Shown here piece after piece: positions 40,202 through 51,812 of a stretch of DNA of 64,000 nucleotides. Both the position numbers and the translations under genes were made by a program. The notes under the pieces are model-generated. The model was not told the DNA's origin and searched no databases. It saw nothing but the letters and a program-made list of their open reading frames with translations. Each line of letters opens with the position of its first letter. Positions within the stretch are counted from its first letter, which is position 1. Origin of the DNA: Takakia lepidozioides (taxonomy: Eukaryota > Plantae > Bryophyta); assembly GCA_030704615.1 (NCBI GenBank), contig CM060731.1, forward strand, positions 28,086,001 to 28,150,000, read 5' to 3'.

Positions 40202-41142
40202 CTCGAGCTCAGACACTGCAGACCCAATTGGGCCTCTCAAACATAGTTGCTTCAGTTAGAAACCAGTTGTGCATCACCAGTCTGCGGATCTCGAATCCAA
40301 GTGAACTGAGATGGACGAAGAGTGCGGAACATGCTGACGGACGAGGAAATTCAGTGGACGTATAATCCGGACGAGTCGTATTGTTGTCGTTTTGGCAGTC
40401 TGCTTTGCAGCATCCCTAAATTTAGGGGGTTTCGCAGATCTGTGCAACAGTTAGTAAAGCAGAAATAACACTGGAGTTTCGTGGATGTCTGGGTTGGGTA
40501 CCCTTTGTTGGGCTAAAGAGATTGGCATGCCATCGATCTGAGAGTGTAATGCTCTGAATGAAATCGTAGGCTGTTGTCATGGATCAAGACCCAAGGAGAC
40601 ATATTTATGGGGAGGCAGAGGTGCCCAATTGCAAGGAAAGAGAGATGGTCAGAGACGGAGATTGGATGAGCTGGTACTATATGTTTGTATCTCTGTTGGT
40701 GTTTGCTTCAGCTGCAGGTATTGGATCTCTTTCTCACCCGATTCTCTTCATCATCTCTTTTGCAAATACTTTTGTGGGTCGAGTAAGGGATATCGAAGAA
40801 GAACTGAACTGGTCTAGCTTCTAGCAACTCTTATGTCGACAAAATCTGTCCAAGCAGCGTTGAAGCATGCCTACTTTGTGGCAAGATTGTGTAGGGTACC
40901 GTCACGATATAAGTGGGTAGTTACCCACGCAGGGAGCTGACGATATTAGTTGCATGTACTTTGGGATTGCGGCAAAATTAGGGTAGGAGCAGTCGTACAT
41001 CAGTTCAGTGTTGTGCACTTCTCCCCGCAGAGGGCTGTCATGTAAACCAACTCCAATAGCTACCCTCTCTTTCTATCACTCTTCTTTTACTGAGTGAGGC
41101 ATGATGTATCTACAGGAGTAATTTGTAGGTTATCTGATATTC

Positions 41143-43109
41143 ATGACCAGCAAGTGTTGTGGGGTTCTAGCGAGGTTCTTGCTACTGAAATGTGTTGTCT
41201 CCCATGGATTGAGCACTGAGTTAGGTACCCTTTGTTAATAACGGATGTGGTCCTTCTCTTTATATGAGAGCAAGCGTCATAGTATTAATTGGGGCCAACT
41301 TGCTTTCTGGAGATGGACACTCCAGCGAGTGCTATAGAATGCTCAGTCAGCACGGATATGACTAGAACTTGAATTATGGTTTCTGGATGACAGGTGCTGC
41401 AGCTGATGGGAACGTAACGTTGGAATCACTTACTATCTTTAATACACATGAGTGGTTTAATCAGAAACCAGATGTATATTTTCGGTGTACTGGAGAGGAG
41501 AAAGTGTACTTGCCAGATGTGGTCGAGAAGGATCATAACTATCCGTTCATTGGTGAAGAGTCTTGGCAGGTATACTCTTCAGTTTCTGCAATAGTGGATG
41601 TACCTCACAGTGCAGACAGAGGGAGGCAGGAAAATTTAAAGGCTGGACAGGAAAGTAGGTCCTGTACAGGCATCCTCTTTATTGGGCAGTGAGGGGAGAA
41701 ATTTTTGGAGTTGAGCCCTCAGCTCTTCGCCGCGCACTTTACAAGATGTCTACCAATATACTACTTTCTTGTTTCTTTGGAGAGCGTCAGCATGCTACTC
41801 ACAAACACGTGTGTACAGAGGAGAGCAATTTTCTGAACGGTGGTGTGGTTGTCCCTGTCAGCCACTCACAACGTTTCTGGGTGTAAAATGCAAGCGATGT
41901 GGGCTTTACGAAGAAGATAAATTGAAGTACGATGACACCTTTGATGAATGGGAGCTCTGCCCTACTGAGTTTAGTCTGGAGCCCGAAGGTCGCTATGTAC
42001 GATTCAAGGAAAAAGAGTTCAATCTCACCTTGGTCTGCCAACATTGCAATCCTCGCCGTAAGCCAGGCCTCACTATCTTCTGTAATGTTGTTCCTCTCTC
42101 TGTACCCACTATATTCAAGTGGCCTTTTCTCTCGGCAATGCAAACTCAGCCAATGTGTGGCATCTGTTGCAAGCTCGGGGGCTAGAGGAGCATTGCTGTG
42201 ATCCACCTTATTGTCAGTGGCAGCCCATATGTAATACTTGATTCCCTGTAGCCATATACTTGTTGGCTGTCTGTCAGGGTATAACAATCTTGGGCGCAGT
42301 CTTGAGTACTTAGGGTGGTTAAAATCCCTGAACTTGCCCTTGAGGTTTGTATTGCCTGTTGCCACTGGTTGCAGGGGCATGTTCCTGTGTCTCTCCCGCT
42401 TTCACTCACCCCCACACTCATGTACTGTCCTGAGGGAATGAGAAAGTGAAAACATCTGCAAGTTGTGGCTGAATATATACAAGAGTGTATCAGGGTTAGA
42501 CTTAATAGTGCTGACTGGTGCCCAGAGCTGGCAGGCAGGCTGTATCTTTTACCCCTGTTGCCATGCCGATGAAACATCCACTGAGGTTCAAACGTGAATC
42601 ACATAATTGGGCCCACAAAATGACATGAAACAGTCCCACCAAGTTTCTGAGGCTCCAAGTCGTTCCAAAGTGGATCAAAGCAGAGCTGGTTGCTTTCAGC
42701 CAGTGCTCCAAATTGAGAGGAGATTTTCATTATTCACATGTGACCATTGGTAGAATGGTTCCGCATAGGTATGTGGTGCCTGGTTCGTTTTTTTTTTGCA
42801 GCTTTGAGTGGAATATCAAAGAAGACCTTCGTGTATTTTGCTTGTATTGCAGAGGAGGAAGATGTGCCAGACAACAGTGACAGCCAAGACAGTGGCCCTG
42901 AGGATTCACCGAGTGAACGCAGGGGTAGCCGCGTTGGGGTGACCGTGGCAGTGTCAGTGTTTGTTGTATTGTCTCTGGGTGGCCTTGCCTTCGTGGCCTA
43001 CAGCCAATGGCGCCGCAAGCAACGAGAGGCCCAGCAGGCACGCTTTGTGCAGCTGTTTGAAGAGGATGATGATTTGGAGGCTGAGTTGGGGCTGAAGGAA
43101 TATTTGTAG
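41143..43109 (+). CDS. Conserved plant single-pass membrane protein of unknown function (At3g53490-like); exons 41143-41224, 41394-41569, 41862-42057, 42853-43109 (236 aa)
   Basis: IFNTHEWF, LPDV, GEESWQ|PLT, KCKRCGLYEED and FDEWELCP motifs; TM segment VGVTVAVSVFVVLSLGGLAFVAY; tail QQARFVQLFEEDDDLE. Splice phases are consistent. Confidence 0.85.
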
Positions 43110-44253
43110 GGTCTATCTGTGAGTTTGGGCATGTGCAACTAGGAGGTGGACCTTCTTCCATCTCCAAGCACTTCGCTTCCTTGTCTGTTTGTTGAACATT
43201 TGGCTGCTCAGCGTAGCTCGCTTCCATGACAAGGGTGAGGAGAATCTGGGGCCAGATGGGTATCTGAGTATTGTTCTAATTGTGGTGAGTCAAATGTCCA
43301 GATTTTGGTGGGATGGCGAAATGAGATCAACGCTCACATCTGGTCTATGGACAAATGTTAGTATGAGCCACCATCAGCCTGGTAGGTTTCAGAACTGTGA
43401 CTCGAATCTTGATTAGCACCCACAAGTAAAGACAGACACAATCGGAGGCTGGCTAATGGTCTCATGGGCCAAGCAATGGCCATTAAACAGCTCTAGCAGG
43501 TCTTCTCCTGAGATTAACATTAGTGGGACAAAAGTTCTTGGTAAGTTGCAGCTTTACTTCATCCAAAGACCGGAGAATTTGTCAAGGACCGCTTTTGACT
43601 GAAGGTAGCTCAATTATGTTCCAAATGGTTTTCTTTGTTGCATGGATAAGTACAGGTTTGCTCTGCCTGAAAGTAGCTGTGAAGTTTTTGCGGGGAAGCC
43701 CATTGCCCTCTCACATGCATCAGCATCAGGCTCCACTAATTACTGCAATTGGACATCCCACATCAGGCCACAGGTCCACTATCCCGAAATGCATGAACAA
43801 TTACTTTCAAAGTAGCCTTGTGCCCTAGCCATAAGGTCATATGTTGGATGCTTCCACCATGGACATACTTCACTATCCAAATCTAGAGGTATAAGATTTG
43901 AACCTAATGTATGAATGTATGCATGACGTCTTCTGCTCAAGTCCCTGGTGTGGAGTGCTAGTGTGGAACGCTATGATACGTTATAATCTTATTGGACCCG
44001 TGGTTGACACGTTTCTGTATTGATATATTCAGAGACTCCATGTTAGCACTAGCAGTAACTTGGAAATTATCGCGTCTTATAAGGGTGTACACAAAATTTG
44101 ACCTTTGCACAACTTGTGGCTTGCAGCAGACCCTTATGCAAAGTTGGAGTTTTGTGTACATAGCTAAGTTGTGCACATCTCTTTCCTGAAATAAAGGGCA
44201 TTACATATATCAGCTTGATTTGTATTCATTAGCATGCCACGTACTATGTAACA

Positions 44254-44703
44254 CTAATGAAATTCCCAAATATCCTCCAAGTCTTCTGCCTCTTGGGAAG
44301 TTGAAACATTTCCAATCTTGAAAATTCTGCATTGTTCTTCTAAGGTTTCGTCTTCTATCATATGTGCCAATTTTTGGCATGTTAGCTCCAACAATGGCTG
44401 GATGCTCAAGTAATCCGCCGCCATCATGACATTGAAATGGGTGGGTTCGTCCAGCTTGCCGACAAATCTGGCATCCCAAGCATCTTCATTCCAAAGCTTC
44501 TTAGAATGAAAGCTGCAATACTCAAACACTTTGGTCATGGTCGGACCACTGATCCCATTCGCCACCACATACATCTTCTCATTTCTCAAAACCTCTATCA
44601 TATTCTTCATCGTTCCCGATTGCAAGACCACCTTTGTTGGCACCTCAAACACCTGATTATCCAACAAGGTCACTAGCTTCACCACCTTCCTGTTGTCATC
44701 CAT
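44254..44703 (-). CDS. SKP1: Divergent intronless SKP1-like protein
   Basis: DNQVFEV, QSGTMKNMIE, KVFEYCSFH, WDARFV and AADYLSIQPLLELTCQKLAHMI match the Skp1 POZ and dimerisation domains. Confidence 0.92.
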   Translation of the reverse strand: MDDNRKVVKLVTLLDNQVFEVPTKVVLQSGTMKNMIEVLRNEKMYVVANGISGPTMTKVFEYCSFHSKKLWNEDAWDARFVGKLDEPTHFNVMMAADYLSIQPLLELTCQKLAHMIEDETLEEQCRIFKIGNVSTSQEAEDLEDIWEFH

Positions 44704-44832
44704 GGTGCTTCTTCCAAATATCTAACTTCAACCGATAGACAAGGAAATGTACACAGTGGGAGAGTGAAATATAAGTTAACCAATCCCCCTACAATAAGAT
44801 TACTTCACACACCAATTCCTTCTATAACTGTT

Positions 44833-45020
44833 AGAGAGACTCTCTTATACCAGACAAAGATAAAGGAAATTTATGGGAACCCAGATAGACTCTTTTATAC
44901 CAGATACTTAAAAGATGGAACCAAGAGAGACTCTTTTATACCATATAAAGTTAAAGGAATATTTTATAACTGCAAGGCTCTGAACCCAAAGAGACTTTTT
45001 TATACCAGATAAAGATAAAG
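44833..45020. repeat. Four copies of a ~20-bp motif (agactcttttataccaga) in the SKP1/F-box intergenic region
   Basis: Copies at ~44836, 44886, 44927 and 44991. Confidence 0.8.
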
Positions 45021-45364
45021 AAATACTTTATCCGATCTATAGTTGGAGGATCTATCTAAAGATTTGCAATATAAGTGGATGATCTATCTAAGTATAGTGA
45101 TGTATTTTCAATAAAAGTAATATTTAGAAAAGAATATACTTTAACCTAAAGTTAGTTGAGGTTAGCTAAGTTCGACTCCAGACACATATATATAGAAACA
45201 GAGATGTCCATTAGACTCTCACTCTCTCTCCCGTATCCAGCACAGTGTCTCTTCTCTCAGTCACACAGTACTTGATCTATGGTCATTGGGGCTGTAATTT
45301 TGTAGTGGTTTACATTGTGTGCTCTGTGGCTTCTGGGGTTACAGTGTATACATCATCGACCAAC

Positions 45365-46468
45365 ATGCCAGACCCCAACATCTGGGGTTGTTTGCCCAAC
45401 TATTTGGCAGAGAAAACAATGTCTTTGGCTCGTCTTGCCAAATCTAGAAATCGATGTGTGTGCAAGGTGTGGTATGTAATCTACTTCAAGAAAATTGATG
45501 ATATGGACAAAATGGTGGGCTATAGTCTGGAATCAAGAACCGAACAAATCGTGTCAGGAGACCTCGGCGAGAAGTATGTTGTTGGTGGAGATGGAGGCCT
45601 ATTGTGTCTCAACGACGGAGCAGAAGACTCGAATGTTTTGGAACTCTCTGTGTGGAATCCAGTGACTGATCGCCGTAAGACATTGCCTCTAGTATCCCTT
45701 CCCGAAGGAACGGGATTTTCAAATGCCATGTGGAACATTAGCGAGCGGCCGGTCATTCACATGAGAGTGGACAAAAATAATAACTCTTACAAGATTTTTG
45801 TGCTTCCAAGCCGCTACGAAGCGCCAGACGAATGGGATCTTCATGTCTATGATTCACAAAGTACTTCCTGGACCATTTCGAGATGCCCCAGTCCACAAGT
45901 GAACCCAGTTTCTACAGCGGAGAGCAACAATCATTCAGCTCTTTGCAATGGCCTCTTTTACTCTTTAGCTGCAGATAAGGGAAAATACAATCTACTGTTG
46001 GTCTACAATGTGGACGAGAGGGTCTGGTTGGACAAACCCATCGAACTTCCGCCTACTCCTTCTGCTTGGCCTGTCGTTGACTTCTATAACACGCTGGCTA
46101 TTATAGTGGAGTGTGGGAGGTTCTTGTTACTGGCCAATCCAGGGTGGATAAGCGAAACTGAAGGAACGTGGTATCTGGCGTGTTTTGATCCAAGCACCCA
46201 ACAATTTTTGACGGGGGCATTATTGCCAAGGATTGAAGGTAAATCTGCAGAGCGAGTATGGAAGGTTGTTGTGCACGATGACAATGTTTTCGTAGAGGCC
46301 ACATATTTAGGACGGCTCGGATATCCTCATTCCTATGTCGTGCAGCTGCTCTATAACATCTCACAACGAACTTGGCACTACTTAGGGCATTGTGATAAGC
46401 GCACTTCCTACCCTCATGTGCACGACCTTCCTTTCCATCCCAATGCTGACGCTGATGTTGAAGGTTAA
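45365..46468 (+). CDS. Intronless F-box protein with C-terminal beta-propeller (F-box/kelch-FBA-like), 367 aa
   Basis: First ATG at 45365. Shortened F-box IWGCLPNYLAEKTMSLARL...RCVCKVW, followed by GGLLCL, SVWNPVT...KTLP, VYDSQSTSW and VYNVDERVW. Confidence 0.85.
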   Translation: MPDPNIWGCLPNYLAEKTMSLARLAKSRNRCVCKVWYVIYFKKIDDMDKMVGYSLESRTEQIVSGDLGEKYVVGGDGGLLCLNDGAEDSNVLELSVWNPVTDRRKTLPLVSLPEGTGFSNAMWNISERPVIHMRVDKNNNSYKIFVLPSRYEAPDEWDLHVYDSQSTSWTISRCPSPQVNPVSTAESNNHSALCNGLFYSLAADKGKYNLLLVYNVDERVWLDKPIELPPTPSAWPVVDFYNTLAIIVECGRFLLLANPGWISETEGTWYLACFDPSTQQFLTGALLPRIEGKSAERVWKVVVHDDNVFVEATYLGRLGYPHSYVVQLLYNISQRTWHYLGHCDKRTSYPHVHDLPFHPNADADVEG

Positions 46469-47599
46469 ACGTTTATGACGCCAGTGGAAGGGGCTGGAAT
46501 CGGAGCTACCTATAATAGCAGGCACCGAATGGCTGGATATAGGTATACTGAGCGTCCCTCCTGGATACATCTTCACGACTTCCTAGTGAACATCAATGAC
46601 AATTCCTTCGTTTCTGGGAGCTTTCTGATTCGGCGCACTTGCTTGTTTTGCTGGAGATGGACCCAGTCACAAACATGGATTGACTTATAAGTTACTGCCT
46701 GCAACCTGGCTCCCCCTTTGTGACTAGCTAACTTTTGTAATTCTGGGCAGGGCTCCTCTCTAACAATGAGCTGGCAATAGGTAGTATTGGTCCTGGAGTT
46801 TTAAAGGAGAATTTGTTGCTGAATATTTGCAGTATCAAGCTATTCTACCTCTCCATGAATAAATCATGAGCAGTTAGCCATTTGTGGATTTGTAATGATC
46901 ATCATCAATGGTGGAGTAACAAGCGGCTAGTCGCGTAATGGCTCCACCCTAATTACAAAATTGGAAGGCTAGCACTAGCGGTCCTGATTTAATAAAACAA
47001 GTCAATATTCAAATATTCAATATTGGGACTGCTAGTAAAAGACATCTTGCCTTAGAAAGGCCTCATCACTTTTTTCAATTAAAAACAATTATATGAATTG
47101 TTCTTAATGAACAATGATATACCATAAAATACACCACTAACAACTGATTTATGAGTCTGCATTCTTGGTTTTTGTGTGGAGTATTTATTCAAATATAATA
47201 AATATTTGAATCTAACTAGATAATAATGACTACATAATATGGTGAATTGAATTAAAGTTTCATGTGATAAATATTCAGGAATTATTATGGAAAGGAGATT
47301 TTTCTTGTTCTTGTTATTTAGTAATTTGCAAAGATTGTATAAGATAAACCATAGTACACAAGCACTTAACATGTTAACACAACAAAAAAATTCAAAGGAA
47401 ACAAAAAATAATCTATCTATGTGGATATGATTATGAAATAAATGCTTTCAAACATATATATATACATATATATAATATAAAAATTACGAAACAAATGTGA
47501 AATTTAGAAAATAGATATTTTGTGTTCTTCACCTTGATAGGAAATTCTAATAGTAATTAAATACAACGAAACAGATTTGAAAGATAAAATTGAATGTGA

Positions 47600-47800
47600 T
47601 GGAGTTAGAGGGATGAATTTGAAGAGAACTGAATATAATGCATGAAGAAACGGAGAGGAAGTGAATGTAACAGAGGTGAAGGGATAAGTTTGAAGGGAAC
47701 TAAATATAATAGAACTGAAGAGATAAATCTGAAAGGAACTGAATATAATAAATTGAAGGGATAAATCTGAAGGGAACTGAATATAAGAAACTGAATATAC
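47600..47800. repeat. Degenerate tandem repeat (gaagggataaatctgaagggaactgaatataat)
   Basis: Four to five imperfect ~37-40 bp units. Confidence 0.65.
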
Positions 47801-48015
47801 GCTGAGTCAACAATTGAACCAGATCAAGTATGTTGTTTACGATATGTTCACACACAAAGTTCCTACGACTTCAGCACTACACCCACACCTTGTTGTTCAG
47901 CATATATGCCTATGACACGTTTATGTTTATGGTTATTGGCCGCTTTCTCCCGGTTTGTCTTCACTCATTCACACCTCTCCTCATATTTACTTGCTCTCAG
48001 ACAAATTCAGATCGT

Positions 48016-50435
48016 GTAACTGGGCGTTCCAGGCTCATAGCCCTGGTAAGCAGGGGTGGAAATGCTTGCTCATCTCGAAACGAGGCATACACAGGAAGAG
48101 TTACATAATGTCAAATGCTCAGGACAACCGCGTTCACAGAGCTTTGCAAATCTAGAAGCATACGTCCAACGGTCCTCCCTTGGAAAATGCACTTATCCAG
48201 AACGAGGTTAGGGATATTCGGGAGTACATCCTCAGTCTGTATCCACAGTCCGCCGATGCACGCAAATGCACGCATCACAACCGCGTGCTCTCTCCACAAG
48301 CTGCGATAGAGGAAAGAACTTCCCACCACAGCAATTACAAAGTGGTCTGGCCCCAGTCCAGACTGAGTGCGCAAGTTCTCCCGTGTGTGTGTGGCCATAT
48401 ACCGCTCTGCCTCCCAGACCTCCGAAGGCCTCCCCGGTATCACAAAAAAATTCCCAGTGTCCAAAGTGGTATAAATCATACAGCTACAAGATTGTCAATA
48501 CAAAAGTGAATAGTATACAAGAGCAGACCACTCTCAAGGATTCTATGGACATTTATCCTCATCACTGGACTGTCCCCATGAAGAGACCAACTAATCACTG
48601 CAATTTCATTGAACACTTAATAACCTGAAGTGTAAGGGCTTCTTATGTGCAGTGGAATAAGTAACGTGACAGGTATGAAGTCACGAAATGTAAGGCTAAA
48701 ATCAAAGGTTACCGGTAGGGCGTAATTTGGGAAAACCACAATGTCTGCACGTCTGAAACTTGATTTCCAATCATAGATGAGTCTCTTCACCCCAACTGAT
48801 TTATACACTTCAAGACGGCCACCCAATGCATCATCAAAAACCACCCAAACAACTGGAATGGCCCTGAAAGGTTCCTGCGCAAGACTGTGATACACAAACC
48901 ATTACATAAGCAACGTGGATGTGATCAAGCAACTTTGTCTGGACAGTAAGGCAGTAACAGAACACAAACGTAGTCGGATGGGGCAGTAACGGATAACTGC
49001 TTCATAACCACCAAGTCTGTATCAACCAACGCTGCATAGACATCACCGCTATAATGTTGAAAAATCTTGTGGGCTTCTGTAAGGCTGAGATTCATGGGAA
49101 ATGGAAAGTTGTGTAGATTCCATGTTTTTGTGCTAAGTTAACTACCGCAAGATGAAAAGTACGTTTGCAATGTCATGACCCCATTCTACACCCCCTAGCA
49201 GCCATGAGACCGAGAGTTTAAGTGATATAAAGCATGACTGCATATAAAATACCACTTGAGAATCACCACACTACAATCCTTTGTATAGCATAAGGCGCCT
49301 CCTCCTACCCACTCAGGCTATCCTAGACCACAATGGCATATTGTGATAAACCATTCTCATAGGATGAATTTGAAAGTTGCCTTGACAAATCACCACCTTT
49401 GAAGCATGAAGGATAAATAAACTAAAGCACAATCTGAAAGTATACTTATCCTGGAGGCAGGCAAGAAATGCACAAAACAAGGTCCCACAAAGGACAAGAA
49501 CGCTATGATGACTTCCAAATTTCTACATACCGTCCCTGGACAACCGTTTAGGCATTTTTGCGCCTAATAATAAAATCAATCGATCAGAAAATTAGGCATG
49601 TTTTGAAAACAATTTCTCAAATTAGGCATCTTCATGCTATAATTTTTTAGAATTAGGCACATGAGAAGAGAAAACATTTATTTTCTTAAGAATAAAATTA
49701 CAAAATAGACACCCAATGCCTTCCAGGCTCCAGCTACCTTTCATTTCCTTTGAAACCCTGAAAATGCCCCTTTTGTTGTACGCAGTGCTCCAAGGCTCAA
49801 GCTGGTACAGGCAAGTTCTCCCTTCGCTCTTACACTTTAGGTGAGTTCAATATTGATTGTCCACACTAGTGTAGGCACGTTGGTACAGGGCTTTGGTACA
49901 TTGGTCATTAGGTACACTGGTTTTCATATCGGTAGTGCATGGTCTTACATAACGGTACTCTTGAGTTGTGGAAGGTTGGTAGGATAGTTATTTCCGCACG
50001 CGTATATTTGTATTGATTTTGTTCAAAGAAATTTTGATCTTATTACAAACAACATGAGAAGAGGCTTGCAAGTTTTTTTTGGAATTTTTGGGCATTAGGC
50101 ACTTTGGTCCCATAATTTCCCAACAATTAGGCCAAAATCTGAAAAATTCACAGAATTGATTAGGCACTTTCATTTTGAATGAATTATCGCCTAAACGGTT
50201 GTCCAGGGACGGTAGACAATCAGATACTCTGTCTAGAGTTTAAATGCCCTGCTACTGGCCAACAATTGAGGTCAAAAGTCAATACTAAAGTAACCTGAGA
50301 AGAGGCAATCTGGAATTCTAACCATGTTCAGATGTTCTTGCTTATAAATTAACTGAATCAGGGGCCCTTGCATAGCTTGAGACATCCACAGTGTTACAAA
50401 CACTCAAAACATCCATATCCACGAAGCACAAATCT
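48016..50435 (-). pseudogene. Partial duplicate of the glycosyltransferase (exon 7 piece, exons 5-6, intron 4), same orientation
   Basis: 48016-48090 matches 27075-27150. 48262-50435 matches 27605-29041, interrupted by a MITE. Confidence 0.9.
49530..50212. mobile_element. MITE, Tc1/mariner-type (24-bp perfect TIRs, TA TSD)
   Basis: ccgtccctggacaaccgtttaggc ... gcctaaacggttgtccagggacgg with TA on both sides. The empty site ctacaTAgacaat is present in the paralogous copies at ~28812 and ~52879. Confidence 0.95.
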
Positions 50436-50834
50436 CTTTTGACAGTCTGTTTTATGTTACAGTATCATTGGTACAGAAAACCAAAACTTAAGTCTATTTT
50501 GATAAAACAAATGTCTTCGTCATGGATCTCTGGGTTCATGGCCCCTCTGGGGTTTAATTTTTCCCCATTCAAATAAAGTTCAGGGCTTCATCCCTTTGCA
50601 AACTCATTTCCTAGTGTGGTCACCGTACTGAGTCCCTATCATACAGTAGGTGACAGAATGTCCAGGGAGCTGCTGGAAGCGGAAGAACCGATACAGTAGA
50701 GCTGCTGTGATGCGCATCTGAAGGTGGGTTGCATCGTTCCGCAAACACCTGCCTGCTCCAGCCAATACCATTCGGATCGTTGTTACTCCAGCCTGGATTT
50801 GCGGAAGGAACCATCGAGGTTGAGCCAGTACTGC

Positions 50835-51115
50835 TCAGGTGAAACTCACGAGCATCGGAGCCCCACAGCCACTACATGCGGCCCATGGAGTACGGTACGT
50901 ATGTGACCATGCTTCCCTTCTTCACTTTGGTGCCATCCGGCGGACTAGTGTACTAATGTGGCTGCCAAGCAAGCTTAGGGAAACAAACGGCATTACGTAG
51001 TATATGTCGACGTCGTACCTGTGGCACTGCAGGATAAAAGCGAACTGTTTCAATGATGGTAGCCGTCAAGTATGGAAGCTTAGAAACAGCTTCAAACGAT
51101 TTCATCTGCTCACAT
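50835..51115 (-). pseudogene. Cytochrome P450 fragment (CYP86 clan, CYP704-like)
   Basis: SKLPYLTATIIETVRFYPAVPQ (ExxR motif), then after an intron PDGTKVKKGSMVTYVPYSMGRM*WLWGSDAREF. No heme-binding motif and no N-terminus. Confidence 0.85.
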
Positions 51116-51315
51116 AAACCGCCCTTTCCTTGGTTTACCAATGCATTACAGCTTCTTACAGGGTAATCAATCTTGATCACTTGAGGGACTTTGGCATGTA
51201 TCAGAATGACTCTTCCTCAAATGCTGGCGCCTTCTCGCTCTCTGCATCTCCTCGGATGGCTCCGTCATGGATCTATGAGCATGGCATGGAGGGGGGGGTG
51301 TATCGGGCTCCCAAA

Positions 51316-51637
51316 ACGTAAAGAATTCAGAGAATGAAATCGACTCTTCCTTAGTCTAATCATGCGCTGCTTTGTACCTCTCTACCATATTTCTGTGCGC
51401 GTCAACCTTTTCGATACGACGTAAGATAGGCTTAATGTGGGCGTTTGCGAGTGCCTGAAAGGTTGCAATAGAAATAACGTAAAGAATTCAGAGAATGAAA
51501 TCGACTCTTCCTTAGTCTAATCATGCGCTGCTTTGTACCTCTCTACCATCTTTCTGTGCTCGTCAACCTTTTCCATACGAAGTAAGATAGGCTTAATGTG
51601 GGCGTTTGCGAGTGCCTGAAAGGTTGCAAAAGAAATA
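51316..51637. repeat. ~161-bp tandem duplication
   Basis: acgtaaagaattcagag...gaaaggttgcaa..gaaata begins at ~51316 and ~51477. Confidence 0.9.
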
Positions 51638-51812
51638 TCCTGCAGTGAGTACCTACGCACTATCCTTGGAGGGATTCTCAAGCTGAGGCCCGGTTCATTG
51701 GCCATATCTAGAGTGAGCAGCGAAGGACTTCTAAACGGCAAGGCATGGAGAACAAGAAGGATAGACGCAGGATGCAGAGATATCAATTCAAATTGCCTGC
51801 CGTTGCACGCCA

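Noticed and set aside
44833-45020. Repeat-spacer pattern resembling a CRISPR array
   Set aside because: Eukaryotic context, degenerate repeats, related and irregular spacers, no cas genes.
8634-46468. An S-locus-like supergene (SPH + SKP1 + F-box + BUP-like glycosyltransferase)
   Set aside because: The components belong to unrelated angiosperm systems and are separated by housekeeping genes; co-location alone is not evidence.
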